Assembly: GCA_951406725.2 (NCBI GenBank)
Contig: OX597814.1
Span: forward strand, 193,936,001-194,000,000
DNA from: Octopus vulgaris
Taxonomy: Eukaryota
DNA: 64,000 nt
Direction: 5' to 3'
The notes beneath the pieces are model-generated. The model had not been told where the DNA came from. It worked only from the letters and a program-made list of their open reading frames with translations, and made no database searches. Position numbers and translations under genes: made by a program. Of the stretch, positions 1 through 12,742 are shown piece by piece (position 1 is the stretch's first letter; the number at the start of each line of letters is the position of its first letter).

Positions 1-233
1 CAATCTGACCTCTTTGAAAGTCCGATAGATCTGTGATTTTAATGAATTTTAATTACCTTTTTCTGGTGACATCTGAAAAGAAACAACAATTTTAGCAAAA
101 CATATTAAGCAACACTAATAATAAATAAATAAAAACATAAAAATAAACAAGCTTTTGACGGTTTTATAGATATTTCAATTCAAAATTATGATGCTATGAT
201 GCGAGGTGTTTCCATTATTTTGTCCAACCTCTG
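1..233. mobile_element. Terminus of a Tc1-like DNA transposon
   Basis: Ends ggtgtttccattattttgtccaacctctg followed by TA. The reverse complement (TA)CAGAGGTTGGACAAAATAATGGAAACACC is a typical Tc1 TIR. Partner end lies outside the window. Confidence 0.5.
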
Positions 234-262
234 TATATAGGCGAGTATATATATATATATGT

Positions 263-328
<66 letters not shown>

Positions 329-386
329 TAATGTTTATCCTTTAACTAACGCAATATACTTAATGATATTCTTTCTTTCCTTCCAG

Positions 387-503
387 CCGATGGTGTCCTT
401 ATTTCCGAAGCCGTTTGATGCCATGTTTGGAAGTTAGTGGACATGAAACTTACCTCTCGAGGAATTGGCACCACTGCACTGGCTATAGATGTGCTAAATA
501 TAA
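387..503 (+). CDS. Internal exon A of an EMI-domain protein (collagen XXVI/EMID1-like), N-terminal half of EMI domain
   Basis: Polypyrimidine tract + ttccAG acceptor (385-386), GTAAGT donor at 504. Phase 2-2, 117 bp, reads RWCPYFRSRLMPCLEVSGHETYLSRNWHHCTGYRCAKY, matching the EMI pattern W-C-x9-C-x4-G-x-E-T-Y...C-x4-C. Confidence 0.85.
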
Positions 504-526
504 GTAAGTATTACCCTCTTAATAAC

Positions 527-810
527 AATCATCAGGGATCATCATCATAATCATCATCATCGTTATCATCATCGTCGTCATTTTCGTCATTGTCATCATC
601 ATCAACATCAACAGCACCATCAAAGTCATCGTGAGAGCGTCATCATCGTCGTCACATCCAACGTCGCCGGCGCCGTCCTCATCATGGCATGTATCACCAT
701 TGTTATCGTCATCATCATCATCACCATCATCATAATCATCATCATCATCAACATCGTCATCGTCGTCATCATCATCATTACTATCATCAGCATCATCTTC
801 ATCATCACCG

Positions 811-856
<46 letters not shown>

Positions 857-935
857 TATCATCATCAACAGCAACTACATCAACACTATTGCCACTGATA
901 TCATAGTTATCATTACCAACATCATCATCGCCACA

Positions 936-1000
<65 letters not shown>
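527..1000. repeat. (CAT/CGT)n microsatellite
   Basis: Imperfect CAT run, followed by (TTA)n and (GTA)n to ~1180. Confidence 0.95.
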
Positions 1001-1132
1001 ACTCAACCCAAACGATTTATATTATTATAATGGTGTCCATTTTTATAATTATTGTTCTTTTATTTTTTAATATCATTCTTATTATTATTATATTATTATT
1101 ATTATTATTTTATTGTTATTATTGTAGTTGTT

Positions 1133-1180
<48 letters not shown>

Positions 1181-1375
1181 AGGAAGCAACAGTAGCAATA
1201 GTGTAAAACGCCGTTAACGGAGATGGTTGTGTCACGTGACTGGATGGCGTTGAGCCCCCTACACACGACGCCATTTATGTCGCTTTGAATGAAGTAGTGC
1301 AAGTCACGTCAAGATTTTTGCTATGGGAACGTTTTTATTTTTGTATTATTTCATTTTATTTTACAAAAAGAATTA

Positions 1376-1883
1376 TCGTAAATCTTCGTGTATAGTCCGC
1401 CCTTGAGTATAATACTCAGGGGAATTTTTAGGGAGCTGTACCTCTGAAAAACCTAAAACTTGTGTATAATACGCACCCCTTGTCTAACTTGAGCCAAGGA
1501 GGTCTTTATAACGTCCTTGGTTTGTAAAAATATATACGGTAACGTCCTTTATTATTGTATATATAACATAATGCAAACTTGTAGCTTTTCTGTGCATTTT
1601 GTTTGCAGAAAATGAAGAAATAACAGTAATAACATTTAATAAATGTTGCTTACTGCAAATTATGGATGATTCTTTTATGACTTCTACTTTCAGGCTTAGC
1701 TTAAATCATTTTCGCGCACGATATTACAAAATGCGTCTGAATAAACATTGCCGGATAGCAAATAGAGACTTGGACATTGCTTAGAAAATATTTTTCATTT
1801 TTAACCTCGTATATAGTACGCACTAGGGATTTTGACCTTTAAATTTTGGAGGGAAAATGCGGATTATACTCGAGGATTTACGG
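1376..1883. mobile_element. Tc1/mariner-superfamily (pogo/Tigger-like) MITE
   Basis: TIRs tcgtaaatcttcgtgtatagtccgc / gcggattatactcgaggatttacgg, both flanked by TA. Internal repeats of the gtata(a/g)tacgca motif; non-coding. Confidence 0.8.
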
Positions 1884-2249
1884 TAGTCGTTGCCTGATCA
1901 AAATACGATATTGTTGGGAGTTTGAATGAAACGATTGGGCACTGCTGTTTGGTCGCTTATGATTTGGCACGACTGACTGGATATTAAACATGTTTTGGCG
2001 ACGGTTTTTTTCTTGGCACTGGAGGCACACACGCACGCGTGCACACTCACACATTTATATGCACACGCACATATATACACATACAGATAGAGAGAGGGGG
2101 AGAGAGGGAGAGGGAGAGAGTTGCATGACAAGCTTATTAATTGTACACAATTATCGTAAACAATTTCTCGCTCAGCATACGCATAAGGAAATGTGCTGAA
2201 ACACGTAAAGAGAGTAAGAGAAAGAGAGGGGGAGTGAACGAGAGAAAGA

Positions 2250-3130
2250 TTAAAACGTCTGATGTCAAATAAGTCAGCCAAAACGACTGAGCCAAAACGT
2301 TTCATATCCGTTTAGGGTATAAAACTCGGAGGTGGTCGGCTCAGTATTGAAAGAAATAAACCATCAGGTCTGTCCTAACAGTGGGGAATATCGAAACCAT
2401 AAGACGCTTTACTGTAAACAGTCGTTCTTTTTCTATGTCGGAGCGTAACACTGCACCAACTATTTCAGGTCGCAGTCTGCGAAAGATATTGTAACTTGAT
2501 TTGGATTATGGTGGTGGAAGAAATATTTCAACGTGATAGGTAAGACCGGAAAAAACATTGGAAGAAAAAAAACATGATTGCAATGTGGATGTACGACATA
2601 ATTTCTCAAGAGTGACGAGGCGTATTTCCATCTGTCTGGTTGTGTAATTAAGCAAAACTGTTATTGGTCGAAAGCAATCTACACTAACCTTTGTGAACGT
2701 CCCCCGTTCAATATGAACGTGTAACAGAGTCGTGCTGTGTGACAAACTTCAGTATGAAAGACCCATTTTTTTTTTAGAGGGCAGACATAGAATAACAGAG
2801 TTATGATCGCTATGAGTTCATGTTACCCAACTTCCTTTTTTCGAAAATTCAACAGACGTGGCATTTAATACACGGCATGCATGCTTTCAACACATCGGAT
2901 TGACCGCCCATCGAGCCAAACCTTCCGTGGACGTTATTAAAGAAATGTTTACAGACCATATCATTTCTCAGCAAGTGACATTTCAAGGCCTTCACAAACG
3001 CCTGACCTTTCGGTTTGTAATCATTTCCTTTGGGGGCTCTCTCAAAGAGAAAACGTACGCCAACTAACCACACACACCGGAAAAAACCCAAAAGTTGCTA
3101 CTCGTCAAAAAATTACGGAAATATTTCTAG
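2250..3130 (+). pseudogene. Degraded IS630-Tc1-mariner (maT/rosa/Tc3-like) transposase
   Basis: Frameshifted motifs SDEAYFHLSGCVIKQNCYWS (2611), FQHIGLTAHRAKPSVDVIKEMF, TPDLSVCNHFLWG and LKEKTYAN correspond to SDEAHF..G.VNKQN, FQQDGATAH, SPDL.PCDFFLWG.LK. Boundaries approximate. Confidence 0.75.
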
Positions 3131-3248
3131 ACATGGTGCGACACACAATGCAGAAATTCCAATTTAGGTTATATAAGACGAATTGTCTGAATGTCGTTAG
3201 TTTAAATACTAGCCCCCTTCTCTCCCTTACTACGAACGTTTATGACGT

Positions 3249-3337
<89 letters not shown>

Positions 3338-3445
3338 TGTATTCCCTATTCCTCTTTCTCTTTCTGTAAAGTTAATAATTTAATTTAATGTGACTGTTCA
3401 TTTAAAACCGAAAGGCTTTTTTCTGCCAAACCCTGTACATATACT

Positions 3446-3484
<39 letters not shown>

Positions 3485-3489
3485 TTACG

Positions 3490-3890
3490 TATTGGTTTCA
3501 AATTTGTTACATAGCCAGCAATCTCAGGGGTGGAAGTAAGTTGATTACATCGACTCCAGTGCTTAACTGGTACTTATTTTATCGACCGCGGAACAATGAA
3601 ACGCACAGTCGACCTCGGCGGAAGTTGAACTCAGAACGTAAGGACGGACGAAATACCTAATTCTTTACTACCCACAAGGAGCTAAACACAAAGAGGACAA
3701 ACAAGGACAGACAAATGGATTAAGTCGATTATATCGACCCCAGTGCATAACTAGTACTTAATTTATCGACCCCGAAAGGATGAAAGGCAAAGTCGACCTC
3801 GGCGGAATTTGAACTCAGAATGTAACGGCAGACGAAATACGGCTACGCATTTCGCCCGGCGTGCTAACGTTTCTGCCAGCTCGCCGCTTT
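3490..3890 (-). mobile_element. SINE family B (tRNA-like head, Deu/Nin-like central domain), composite of two copies
   Basis: Reverse complement of ggcgagctggcagaaacgttagcacgccgggcgaaatg...gttcaaattccgccgaggtcgactttgcctttcatcctttcggggtcgataaattaagtac. Recurs many times in the window. Confidence 0.85.
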
Positions 3891-4130
3891 AATCCGTAAT
3901 AATAATGGCTGTTTTTATATTGTTTTCATTATAAAACCTTATATTAAGTTTTTATTATAAGAACAATTTTACATTGAGCTGAAGGATTACTCAATATCTT
4001 TTGTAGATACAAATTTATTATTCTTCAAAAATAATGTTTGACAGTGACTTCGAAAGATGGCTAAGCTGGTCGAAACTTCGAAGTCCCTGTCGATATTATT
4101 CTTGTTAAAATATAATAAATATGTATGTAT

Positions 4131-4537
4131 AAGCGTGGCTGTGTGGTAAGTAGCTTGCTAACGAACCACGTGGTTCCGGGTTCAGTCCTACTGCGTGGCA
4201 TCTTGGGCAAGTGTCTTCTGCTATAGCCCCGGGCCGACCAATGCCTTGTGAGTGGATTTGGTAGACGGAAACTGAAAGAAGCCTGTCGTATATATGTATA
4301 TATATATATGTATGTGTGTGTGTTTGTGTGTCTGTGTTTGTTCCCCTAGCATTGCTTGACAACCGATGCTAGTATGTTTACGTCCCCTTAATTTAGCGGT
4401 TCGGCAAAAAGAGACCGATAGAATAAGTACTGGGCTTACAAAAAGAATAAGTCCCGGGGTCGAGTTGCTCGACTAAAGGCGGTGCTCCAGCATGGCCGCA
4501 GTCAAATGACTGAAACAAGTAAAAGAGTAAAAGAGTA
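4131..4537 (+). mobile_element. SINE family A (tRNA-like head, CORE-like box, internal TA/TG microsatellite, aaaagagt tail)
   Basis: gtggctgtgtggtaag...ggttcagtcc...cttgggcaagtgtcttct...ggtgctccagcatggccgcagtcaaatgactgaaacaagtaaaagagta. More than 15 copies in the window. Confidence 0.9.
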
Positions 4538-5167
4538 TATATAGATAGATAGACAGAAAGAGAGAAGGAGAGAGAGTGTGTGTGTACGTGCGTGTGTATG
4601 TGTGAGAGAGAGGGGCTGAGAGTTTACTTCCACACAGATTGTCCGGTTGCCATCTGGCCTGTTATTCTTTGTTCTAATTGAACAACTGAAATAATAGTTT
4701 TATTGTCGGTTATTACTACAGCTACAAGACAGGTAACGCCCCTTAGTGTAGCCATGTCTTGATACTCAGACGAAGAGTTCAGACCCTTATGAGTAGCTCC
4801 CTAATCGATTCTCCGCCTGCTTCCGGTAGCAGGAGTGACTGCTGTAGACCCAGTTCTGACATAAACTTTCACCTTGTTACCATCAGACACGTCGGCGCCA
4901 ATACCCGGTGGTCCTTCGACTGCTCTTCCTCTGCCCATGGAGTACACGGATTTCCTGTAATTCAAATGACAAGTCTTGTCACACACTGTGTTTGCACTGA
5001 ATCTGCTTGGGGATTACGTAATAAGGCACAATTGTCTGCGAAGTACTCAGAAATTCACAAGACAATTCTAAGAAAACTAGGTACATAGTAATTACCGTGT
5101 CGAGTTGTAGGACTCACAGGGCCAGTTACCCGGCTTCCAGGGAGTGGAAGTAACCGAGATCACATAC

Positions 5168-5402
5168 CTATTTTTTTTACTACCCACAAGGGGTTAAACA
5201 CAGAGGGGACAAACAAGGACAGACAAACGGATTAAGTCGATTACATCGACGCCAGTACCTAACTGGTGCTTAATTTATCGACCCCGAAAGGATGAAGGGC
5301 AAAGTCGACCTCGGCGGAATTTGAACTCAGAACGTAACGGCAGACGAAATACGGCTACGCATTTCGCCCGGCGTGCTAACGTTTCTGCCAGCTCGCCGCC
5401 TT
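5168..5402 (-). mobile_element. SINE family B, full-length
   Basis: Same consensus as 33377-33612. Confidence 0.85.
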
Positions 5403-5744
5403 AATCACCTAGACATTGTTTTATCTTTTACCTGTTGCATACCCTCTGAAGGGACGCCAGTCTGCCGCAGGATTACTCATTTACAGCTAGGTGGACCGAA
5501 GCAGTGTGAAATGAGGTGTTTTGCTCAAGAACACAACTCGATGCCTGCTCCGGAAATCGAAACCACAAACTTGCGATTGTGAGTGCAACATCCTAACCAG
5601 TAGGCCACACATCTTCACTCAGAGAGATAGAAGCAGAGTGCAGTTGCCGGTGTGTTGAAGACTGTCAAATGGACTCTTCCTGTCATTCAACCAGCTTTAT
5701 CACCTTACGCTTTGTTACATGGGGTCTACTAGACAAATAATTAT

Positions 5745-6140
5745 TTTCTACTCAGGGCACAAGGCACAAAATTTGGGGGAAGGGGGCCCGTCGATTAGAT
5801 CAACCCCGGTATGCAACTAGTACTTAATTTATCGACCTTGAAAGGATAAAAGGCAAAGACGACTTCGGCGGCATTTGAACTCAGGACGTAAAGACAGACG
5901 AAATACCTATTTCTTTACTACCCACAAGGGGCTAAACACAGAGAGGACAAACAAAGACAGACAAATGGATTAAGTCGATTACATCGACTCCAGTGCGTAA
6001 CTGATACTTATTTAATCGACCCCGAAAGGATGAAAGGCAAAGTCGACCTCGGCGGAATTTGAACTCAGAACGTATCGGCAGACGAAATACCTCTAAGCAT
6101 TTCGCCCGGCGTGTTAACGTTTCTGCCAGCTCGCCGCGTT
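5745..6140 (-). mobile_element. SINE family B, composite
   Basis: Two joined copies with junction gacgaaatacc|tatttctttac near 5906. Confidence 0.85.
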
Positions 6141-6786
6141 CTACTAGATGAATAATTAAAGATACAAATGTATGTGGAATGAACAAGTGGAGGCGCGTGG
6201 CTTAGTCGTTAGTGTGTTGGACTCGTGATCGTAAGATTGTGGTTTCGATTCCTGGACTGGGCAATGCGTTGTATTTTTGAGCAAAACACTTCATTTCACA
6301 TTGTTCCAATCCTCTCATTGGCAAAAATAAGTAATCATGCGATGGAATGGAACCTCGTCCAGAATAGGTGGTGTATATACACGTGTGAATCCGTAAAAAT
6401 GGTCCAGTGAGTCTATATGACACGGAAAGAATACTCAACCACTTGTTAAATATTTCATCTTTTAGTCTGGAGGAAAGGGCGCGTCAATGGCCCTTTACAG
6501 AGCCTCCGATACTAGAGGGAGAGAGACACACGGAGAAACGCATGTTGCACAATACTGGATTAAACATTAAGGAAAATAAACCTGTGCTTCGGACATCAAA
6601 GAGAAAGAGGCGCCAAAGAAATAATAAATGGTTTACGGCACAAAATAAATCAGGTTAAACTTGCTAAGATAATATTCAGGATGTCTTATCTGCTAAGAAT
6701 AGAAGCGGATTGTTACATAAGATTCATTTTGAGGATCTGATCAAAAACTTCACAGTTAAAAAAAGTGGAAGAAAACTTTTAAAATA

Positions 6787-7250
6787 TTCTTTACTCTTTT
6801 ACTTGTTTCAGTCATTTGACTGTGGCCATGCTGGATCACCGCCTTTTAGTCGAGCAAATCCACCCCAGGACTTATTCTAACGGTCTCTTTTGCCGAACCG
6901 CTAAGTTACGGAGACGTAAACACACCACCATCAGTTGTCAAGCGTTGTTGGAGGGACAAACACAGACACACAAATATATGCACACACACACATACATACA
7001 TACATACATGCATGCATGCATGCATGCGTGCATACATACATACATACATACATACATACATACATACATACATACATACATACATACGACGGGCTTCTTT
7101 CAGTTTCCGTCTACCAAATCCGCTCACAAGGCATTGGTCGGCCCGAGGCTATAGTAGAAGACACTTGACCAAGGTGTCACGCAGTTGGACTGAACCCGAA
7201 ACCATGTGGTTCGTAAGCAGGCTACTTACCACACAGCCACTCCTACGCCT
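6787..7250 (-). mobile_element. SINE family A
   Basis: Reverse complement of the family A consensus with an internal (TACA)n. Confidence 0.9.
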
Positions 7251-8166
7251 ATTAATAAAGTATACAAAAGTATACAAAAATAAACTCTCTCATGCACCAA
7301 ATGTCAATTCCTAAAACGCATTCGTGAAGTAAAATTATGTAGCAACACAAAATGGCGGTGCCTCAGTATGGCCACAACTCGTGAGCTGAAACTTGATAAA
7401 ATAAAAAAAATTTTTTTAATTATTTTCCCTTTTACTGTTAGTTTTATTTAATTTTAAAAATAAAATTTATTTTATGGTTTATTGTTTTTTATATTTTAAA
7501 TTACATATATATGGTGACGCCAATTTTTTTAAGTGGTTAGGTCCTCTCAAGTTCTTAATCTGGCCCTGGTGTTACAGAACGGACTTCGCTAAAGGCACCT
7601 TGATACCAAGTGTCGTTTTTAAACCAGGTGACTTAATCCGCCACCCCGTTCAAATTCTATACTGGGATTTGAACTCAGAACTCAAAGGGCCAAAAGAAAT
7701 ATCACCACCACCACCTCCATCACCACCAAGCATTCAACCCGACTGTTATAGTTTCACCAACCTACCGCATTCGATTGGTAGTATTTTATCGATCACAAAA
7801 GAATAGAAAGCAAAGTCGGCCTCATCTGTATTTGAAATCGGAGAATAGAGACTTGGAACAAATACCACTAGGCATGTTATTGAATGCTCTATCGATTATT
7901 ACCAATTTGCTGCCTAATATAACGGGTCGATGGCTTGGTTGATCTACAGCACATCGTCGAAACCGACTTGAAACCAATCAAAAGGATTAGTCTTATCTGT
8001 CTTTTTTATCCCATGATCAAGCTAATATGATCGATTAGTAAATTATATACAATACACATGCACGCACACACATATACATACACACACATGTATATGTGTA
8101 TAACATATATGGTTATATATTCATATATATTTATATATATATGTATATATATTATGTGCGTGTGTT

Positions 8167-8249
<83 letters not shown>

Positions 8250-8261
8250 GCATACATGCAT

Positions 8262-8320
<59 letters not shown>

Positions 8321-8749
8321 TATATGTAAAGGGAACTGGTTGCTTCTTTACACTTTTGGGGTGCAACTTGGGTGCAACACAATGTCCTTTCTTTTTGTTT
8401 CTAGAAACTACCAGTCGGTAACAAAACGCAACTTTAAAAATATATACGATTCTTTATTCTCTTATTCACAAATGAAGCACGATGGTATACTGGTATCCAC
8501 CTAGTTCAACACAGCAAGGCTGAATTCTAACGTTTGTAAGTTTCTTAAAACAATTCAGCAGCAACAGAACAGGTCAAATCCTAAGCGTCTGGGACAGGAG
8601 AATGGCTGATCACACGTTTAATACGTCCTTTCGCTTCAATCGCCGTGTCTCAAGTCAACGACGCTATTAAGGAACGCAATAGAATTTCTTCACCAGCCTC
8701 TGGCGCATGTGCATGAGGGAACTTCCTTATGCCTTTCCAGAAGGTTCCA

Positions 8750-8855
8750 ACACCGCACACGCACACTGAAGAAGGACGTGCCGCACACGCACACTGAAGA
8801 ATACGTCCCGCACACGCACACTGAAGAATGACGTTGCGTGTATGCACACTGGAAT
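8750..8855. repeat. Short minisatellite (~27-28 bp unit, cgcacacgcacactgaagaa core)
   Basis: Three to four imperfect tandem copies. Confidence 0.75.
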
Positions 8856-8856
8856 A

Positions 8857-8918
<62 letters not shown>

Positions 8919-8919
8919 T

Positions 8920-8988
<69 letters not shown>

Positions 8989-9899
8989 CGTTTTGGGATT
9001 TGGTTTGCAAGATTCTTTATGCGAGTTCGTGTGTTGAAGCATATTCTGTTGTGTCTGGGGAGAGTCATTTTCTTTTTGTGCCTTATAATTTAACACACTC
9101 AAGACTATTGAAAAGATTGCAAGACAGAACGAAAATTTTAGGAAAATAAAAATAAGGAATAAGCGGAAATTTTGCCGGTGAGTGTGTTAAATTGTAAAGC
9201 ACAAAAACAAAATGACTCTCCCCAGACACAACAGAATATATATATATATATATTTATACACACATGCATACAAACCAGTGCATCATGAAGTGGGCGGTAC
9301 CGACTACGGGTCGAGGAGAGTGTAGAATTTTGCATGAGTACTGAAGACAAAATGTACTGAAGACAAAATGTACTGTAGAGGTCCCCAGATATTTACTTTT
9401 AAGGTTTGTCTCTTATTCAAATATTAACTTTATAAAAAGTAAATTTATTAAGGGAAACTGCCTGCAGCTATAATCACAACAAAGATGATAATAGCAACAA
9501 TGACAACAACAACCTAACACCGGAAATGTTTATATTATTAGAGTTGCTTCTAGTTCAAAATTGAATTTTGTTTTACTTGTGCAGCGCTGCTGCACATCAG
9601 CGGATAGCTTTCACGCTATCTGCGTATATTCCTCAGACCAGCGATTCGAATTCGTTTCGAGGTGACTCGGGTGTATGTGCCGATGAGTTGAAATAACAGC
9701 GAAATATTGATACCCACCGTTCTCACGGGTTATTCGTTTCGTCTGGTGTTGAGTTATTCAATGCTTCTTCTTTTTTTTTCTTGTGTTTACACACGACGAC
9801 TTAAAGGGATTTTCCATGAACGATATTCCGCAGCCAATGAACGAATGAACAAAACATACACATGAAGTATGTTACATCAGTAATATTTAAACTGATAGT

Positions 9900-10235
9900 A
9901 TGGTGGCGAACTGGCAGAAACGTTAGCACGCCGGGCGAAATGCTTTGCGGTACTTCGTCTGCTGTTACGTTCTTAGTTCAAATTCCGCCGAGGTCAACAA
10001 TTTTGCCTTTCATCCTTTCGGGGTCGATTAAATAAGTACCAGTTACGCAGTGGAGTCGATATAATCGACTTAATCCCTTTCTCTGTCCTTGTTTGTCCCC
10101 TCAGTGTGTAGCCCCTTGTGGGCAATAAAGAAATAAGAAACGTTAGCCCGCCGGGCGAAATGCTTAGCGGTATTTCGTCTGTCTTTACGTTCTGAGTTCA
10201 AATTCCGCCGAAGTCGACTTTGCCTTTCGTCCCTC
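9900..10235 (+). mobile_element. SINE family B, composite
   Basis: Full copy joined at aaagaaataag|aaacgttag to a second partial copy. Confidence 0.85.
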
Positions 10236-10289
10236 CTTGCGCGCACATCTGTCCGTCTATCTGTCTTTGTGTATGCATATATGTATGAG

Positions 10290-10650
10290 ATTGTTCAGTT
10301 TTATTTCAAGTTTTCATGACAATAGAGAAAGAGTTGGTTTCTAACCTAGATCCAAGGCTCCTTCATTGGAATTTCAGCATCAATTGCAAGGTGTTTTTGT
10401 TTGTATGTATGTATGTGTGTATGTGAGTAAGTATGTATGTATGTATGTATGTATGTACATGTGCAGATTTGTATATTTTGCTTTATGTATGCATTCTCAT
10501 GCACATAGTTGCATATCTAGACATGCTCATATATATTGAAATGCTAAACTTCTGGAAAGTCTTACAGATTTTTACAGTTCCACCGAGGGATTGGATCTGT
10601 AGTCTTCGAATTAGTTTTCTCCTTTCTGGTTTTTTGAGAAGCGTAATTTC
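10290..10650 (-). mobile_element. 3' fragment of an RLE-type non-LTR retrotransposon (same family as 21190-21730)
   Basis: Reverse complement matches 21345-21730 (cttctcaaaa..ccagaaag..gttcgaagactacagat..gtaaaaatctgtaa, (TACA)n, taggttagaaacc). Confidence 0.65.
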
Positions 10651-10923
10651 TCAAGATTGGCATTTAGGCGGTGCGTTACATATTATGTATGTATGTATGT
10701 ATGTATGTATGTATGTATGTATGTATGTATGTATTATGTATGTATGTATGTATTATGTATGTATGTATACCAACACATATCTATTAATAGTGCTTTATGT
10801 CTGTGCTAACTGTTAACCGTACCGCCGCCGCCGCTTCAGTTGGCAGTAGAAATGTCATCAAGACAATCTTTCCGCCATGCTTATATGAACAAAATGTTAT
10901 TTCTGGACTCGTTGTATTCGTGC

Positions 10924-10964
<41 letters not shown>

Positions 10965-11001
10965 TGTGCGTGTGTGTGCGCGCGCGTGTGTGTGTAAGGG
11001 A

Positions 11002-11032
<31 letters not shown>

Positions 11033-11087
11033 TATATATATATATAGATAGATAGATATATATATATATAGATATCTATATATATTA

Positions 11088-11150
<63 letters not shown>

Positions 11151-11181
11151 CTATACAATATGTTACATTACTCGGTAGTCA

Positions 11182-11244
11182 AGATAAAACTCTGAGTTTC
11201 AGATGCCGAAGTGGAAATCCACAACACCATCTCTTCGGTTATCT
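11182..11244 (-). ncRNA. Mirror copy of the candidate hammerhead ribozyme
   Basis: Exact reverse complement of 12743-12805. Confidence 0.6.
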
Positions 11245-11429
11245 GGCTATTTGAAAACGTTATGAAAAAATACCGTTAAAAATGAAGGGAAATTACTCTG
11301 TTATAACTCTGCTTTGCCTGCGTACTTATACATCGCTCGCATTTTTCGTCATAAAAATTATATAAAAATACATAAAAATATATAAAAATATATAAAAATC
11401 TTCTTGGGACATAACACAGAAAGCATGTT

Positions 11430-11982
11430 CTATCCGTTTTCTTTAGGGGACCAAAAACGTAACAGAAATTTAGTCACATGTGGGCATGATCCGAAAAGCT
11501 CTGTCCTTGTATTTAGACATGTGGTAGGGTCTAAGCTGCTTTTCCAGATAAGCCATCTCTCCATGTCGCATAAACCGCACCTTCCGCTGCCGTTAGTATA
11601 GGGCTTACATCTGGCCAAAATCTTCCATTGTATGTTATAATCGACACCTTTATCTCTTAAAGACCAAATATGATTGGATAATTGTGTCGCTTTTCTTTTG
11701 TTCCAGTGCCTAAAGCTCAAAGTGTGGTTATTGAACCTGGCCTTGAAATTACCCTCTGTCAGGCCCACGTATTTCTTCGTCGAAACGGTGTCTTTAGTGG
11801 TTATAGAGTTTACGGTAGCTTCATATATGATGGTCTTGGACATGCAAGCTCCATTTAGCGGGCACAATTCTTTATTCCTGCATGAACAGCTGTTTTCTTC
11901 TTGTGTTTTTTGTATGTTATGATTGATTATGTTTTTAAAATTGGTAGTTGAACTAAAACTAATTTTTAAATTGTGTCTATTG
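11430..11982 (-). pseudogene. Mirror copy of the Penelope GIY-YIG ORF
   Basis: Identical translation to 11973-12548 from NRHNLK onward. Confidence 0.85.
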
Positions 11983-12548
11983 TGTCTAAACTCTTCAATA
12001 GACACAATTTAAAAATTAGTTTTAGTTCAACTACCAATTTTAAAAACATAATCAATCATAACATACAAAAAACACAAGAAGAAAACAGCTGTTCATGCAG
12101 GAATAAAGAATTGTGCCCGCTAAATGGAGCTTGCATGTCCAAGACCATCATATATGAAGCTACCGTAAACTCTATAACCACTAAAGACACCGTTTCGACG
12201 AAGAAATACGTGGGCCTGACAGAGGGTAATTTCAAGGCCAGGTTCAATAACCACACTTTGAGCTTTAGGCACTGGAACAAAAGAAAAGCGACACAATTAT
12301 CCAATCATATTTGGTCTTTAAGAGATAAAGGTGTCGATTATAACATACAATGGAAGATTTTGGCCAGATGTAAGCCCTATACTAACGGCAGCGGAAGGTG
12401 CGGTTTATGCGACATGGAGAGATGGCTTATCTGGAAAAGCAGCTTAGACCCTACCACATGTCTAAATACAAGGACAGAGCTTTTCGGATCATGCCCACAT
12501 GTGACTAAATTTCTGTTACGTTTTTGGTCCCCTAAAGAAAACGGATAG
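11973..12548 (+). pseudogene. 5'-truncated Penelope-like ORF: Cys-rich linker + GIY-YIG endonuclease
   Basis: CSC...CPLNGAC, IIY...YVG (GIY-YIG), FKARFNNH, LSNHIW, CGLCxxE, LNxRxEL, CPH. No RT domain because of truncation at the palindrome centre. Confidence 0.85.
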
Positions 12549-12742
12549 AACATGCTTTCTGTGTTATGTCCCAAGAAGATTTTATATATTTTTATATATT
12601 TTTATATATTTTTATGTATTTTTATATAATTTTTATGACGAAAAATGCGAGCGATGTATAAGTACGCAGGCAAAGCAGAGTTATAACAGAGTAATTTCCC
12701 TTCATTTTTAACGGTATTTTTTCATAACGTTTTCAAATAGCC

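Noticed and set aside
626-1070. Poly-Met/Ile/His ORFs, and similar YI/CV/HT/poly-D/poly-G ORFs across the window
   Set aside because: These are translations of CAT, TA, TG, GAT, GGT and TTA microsatellites, with no splice or domain support.
11430-12548. Two functional divergent endonuclease genes
   Set aside because: Both are the same 5'-truncated Penelope fragment; the starts are non-ATG junction artefacts and there is no room for a promoter.
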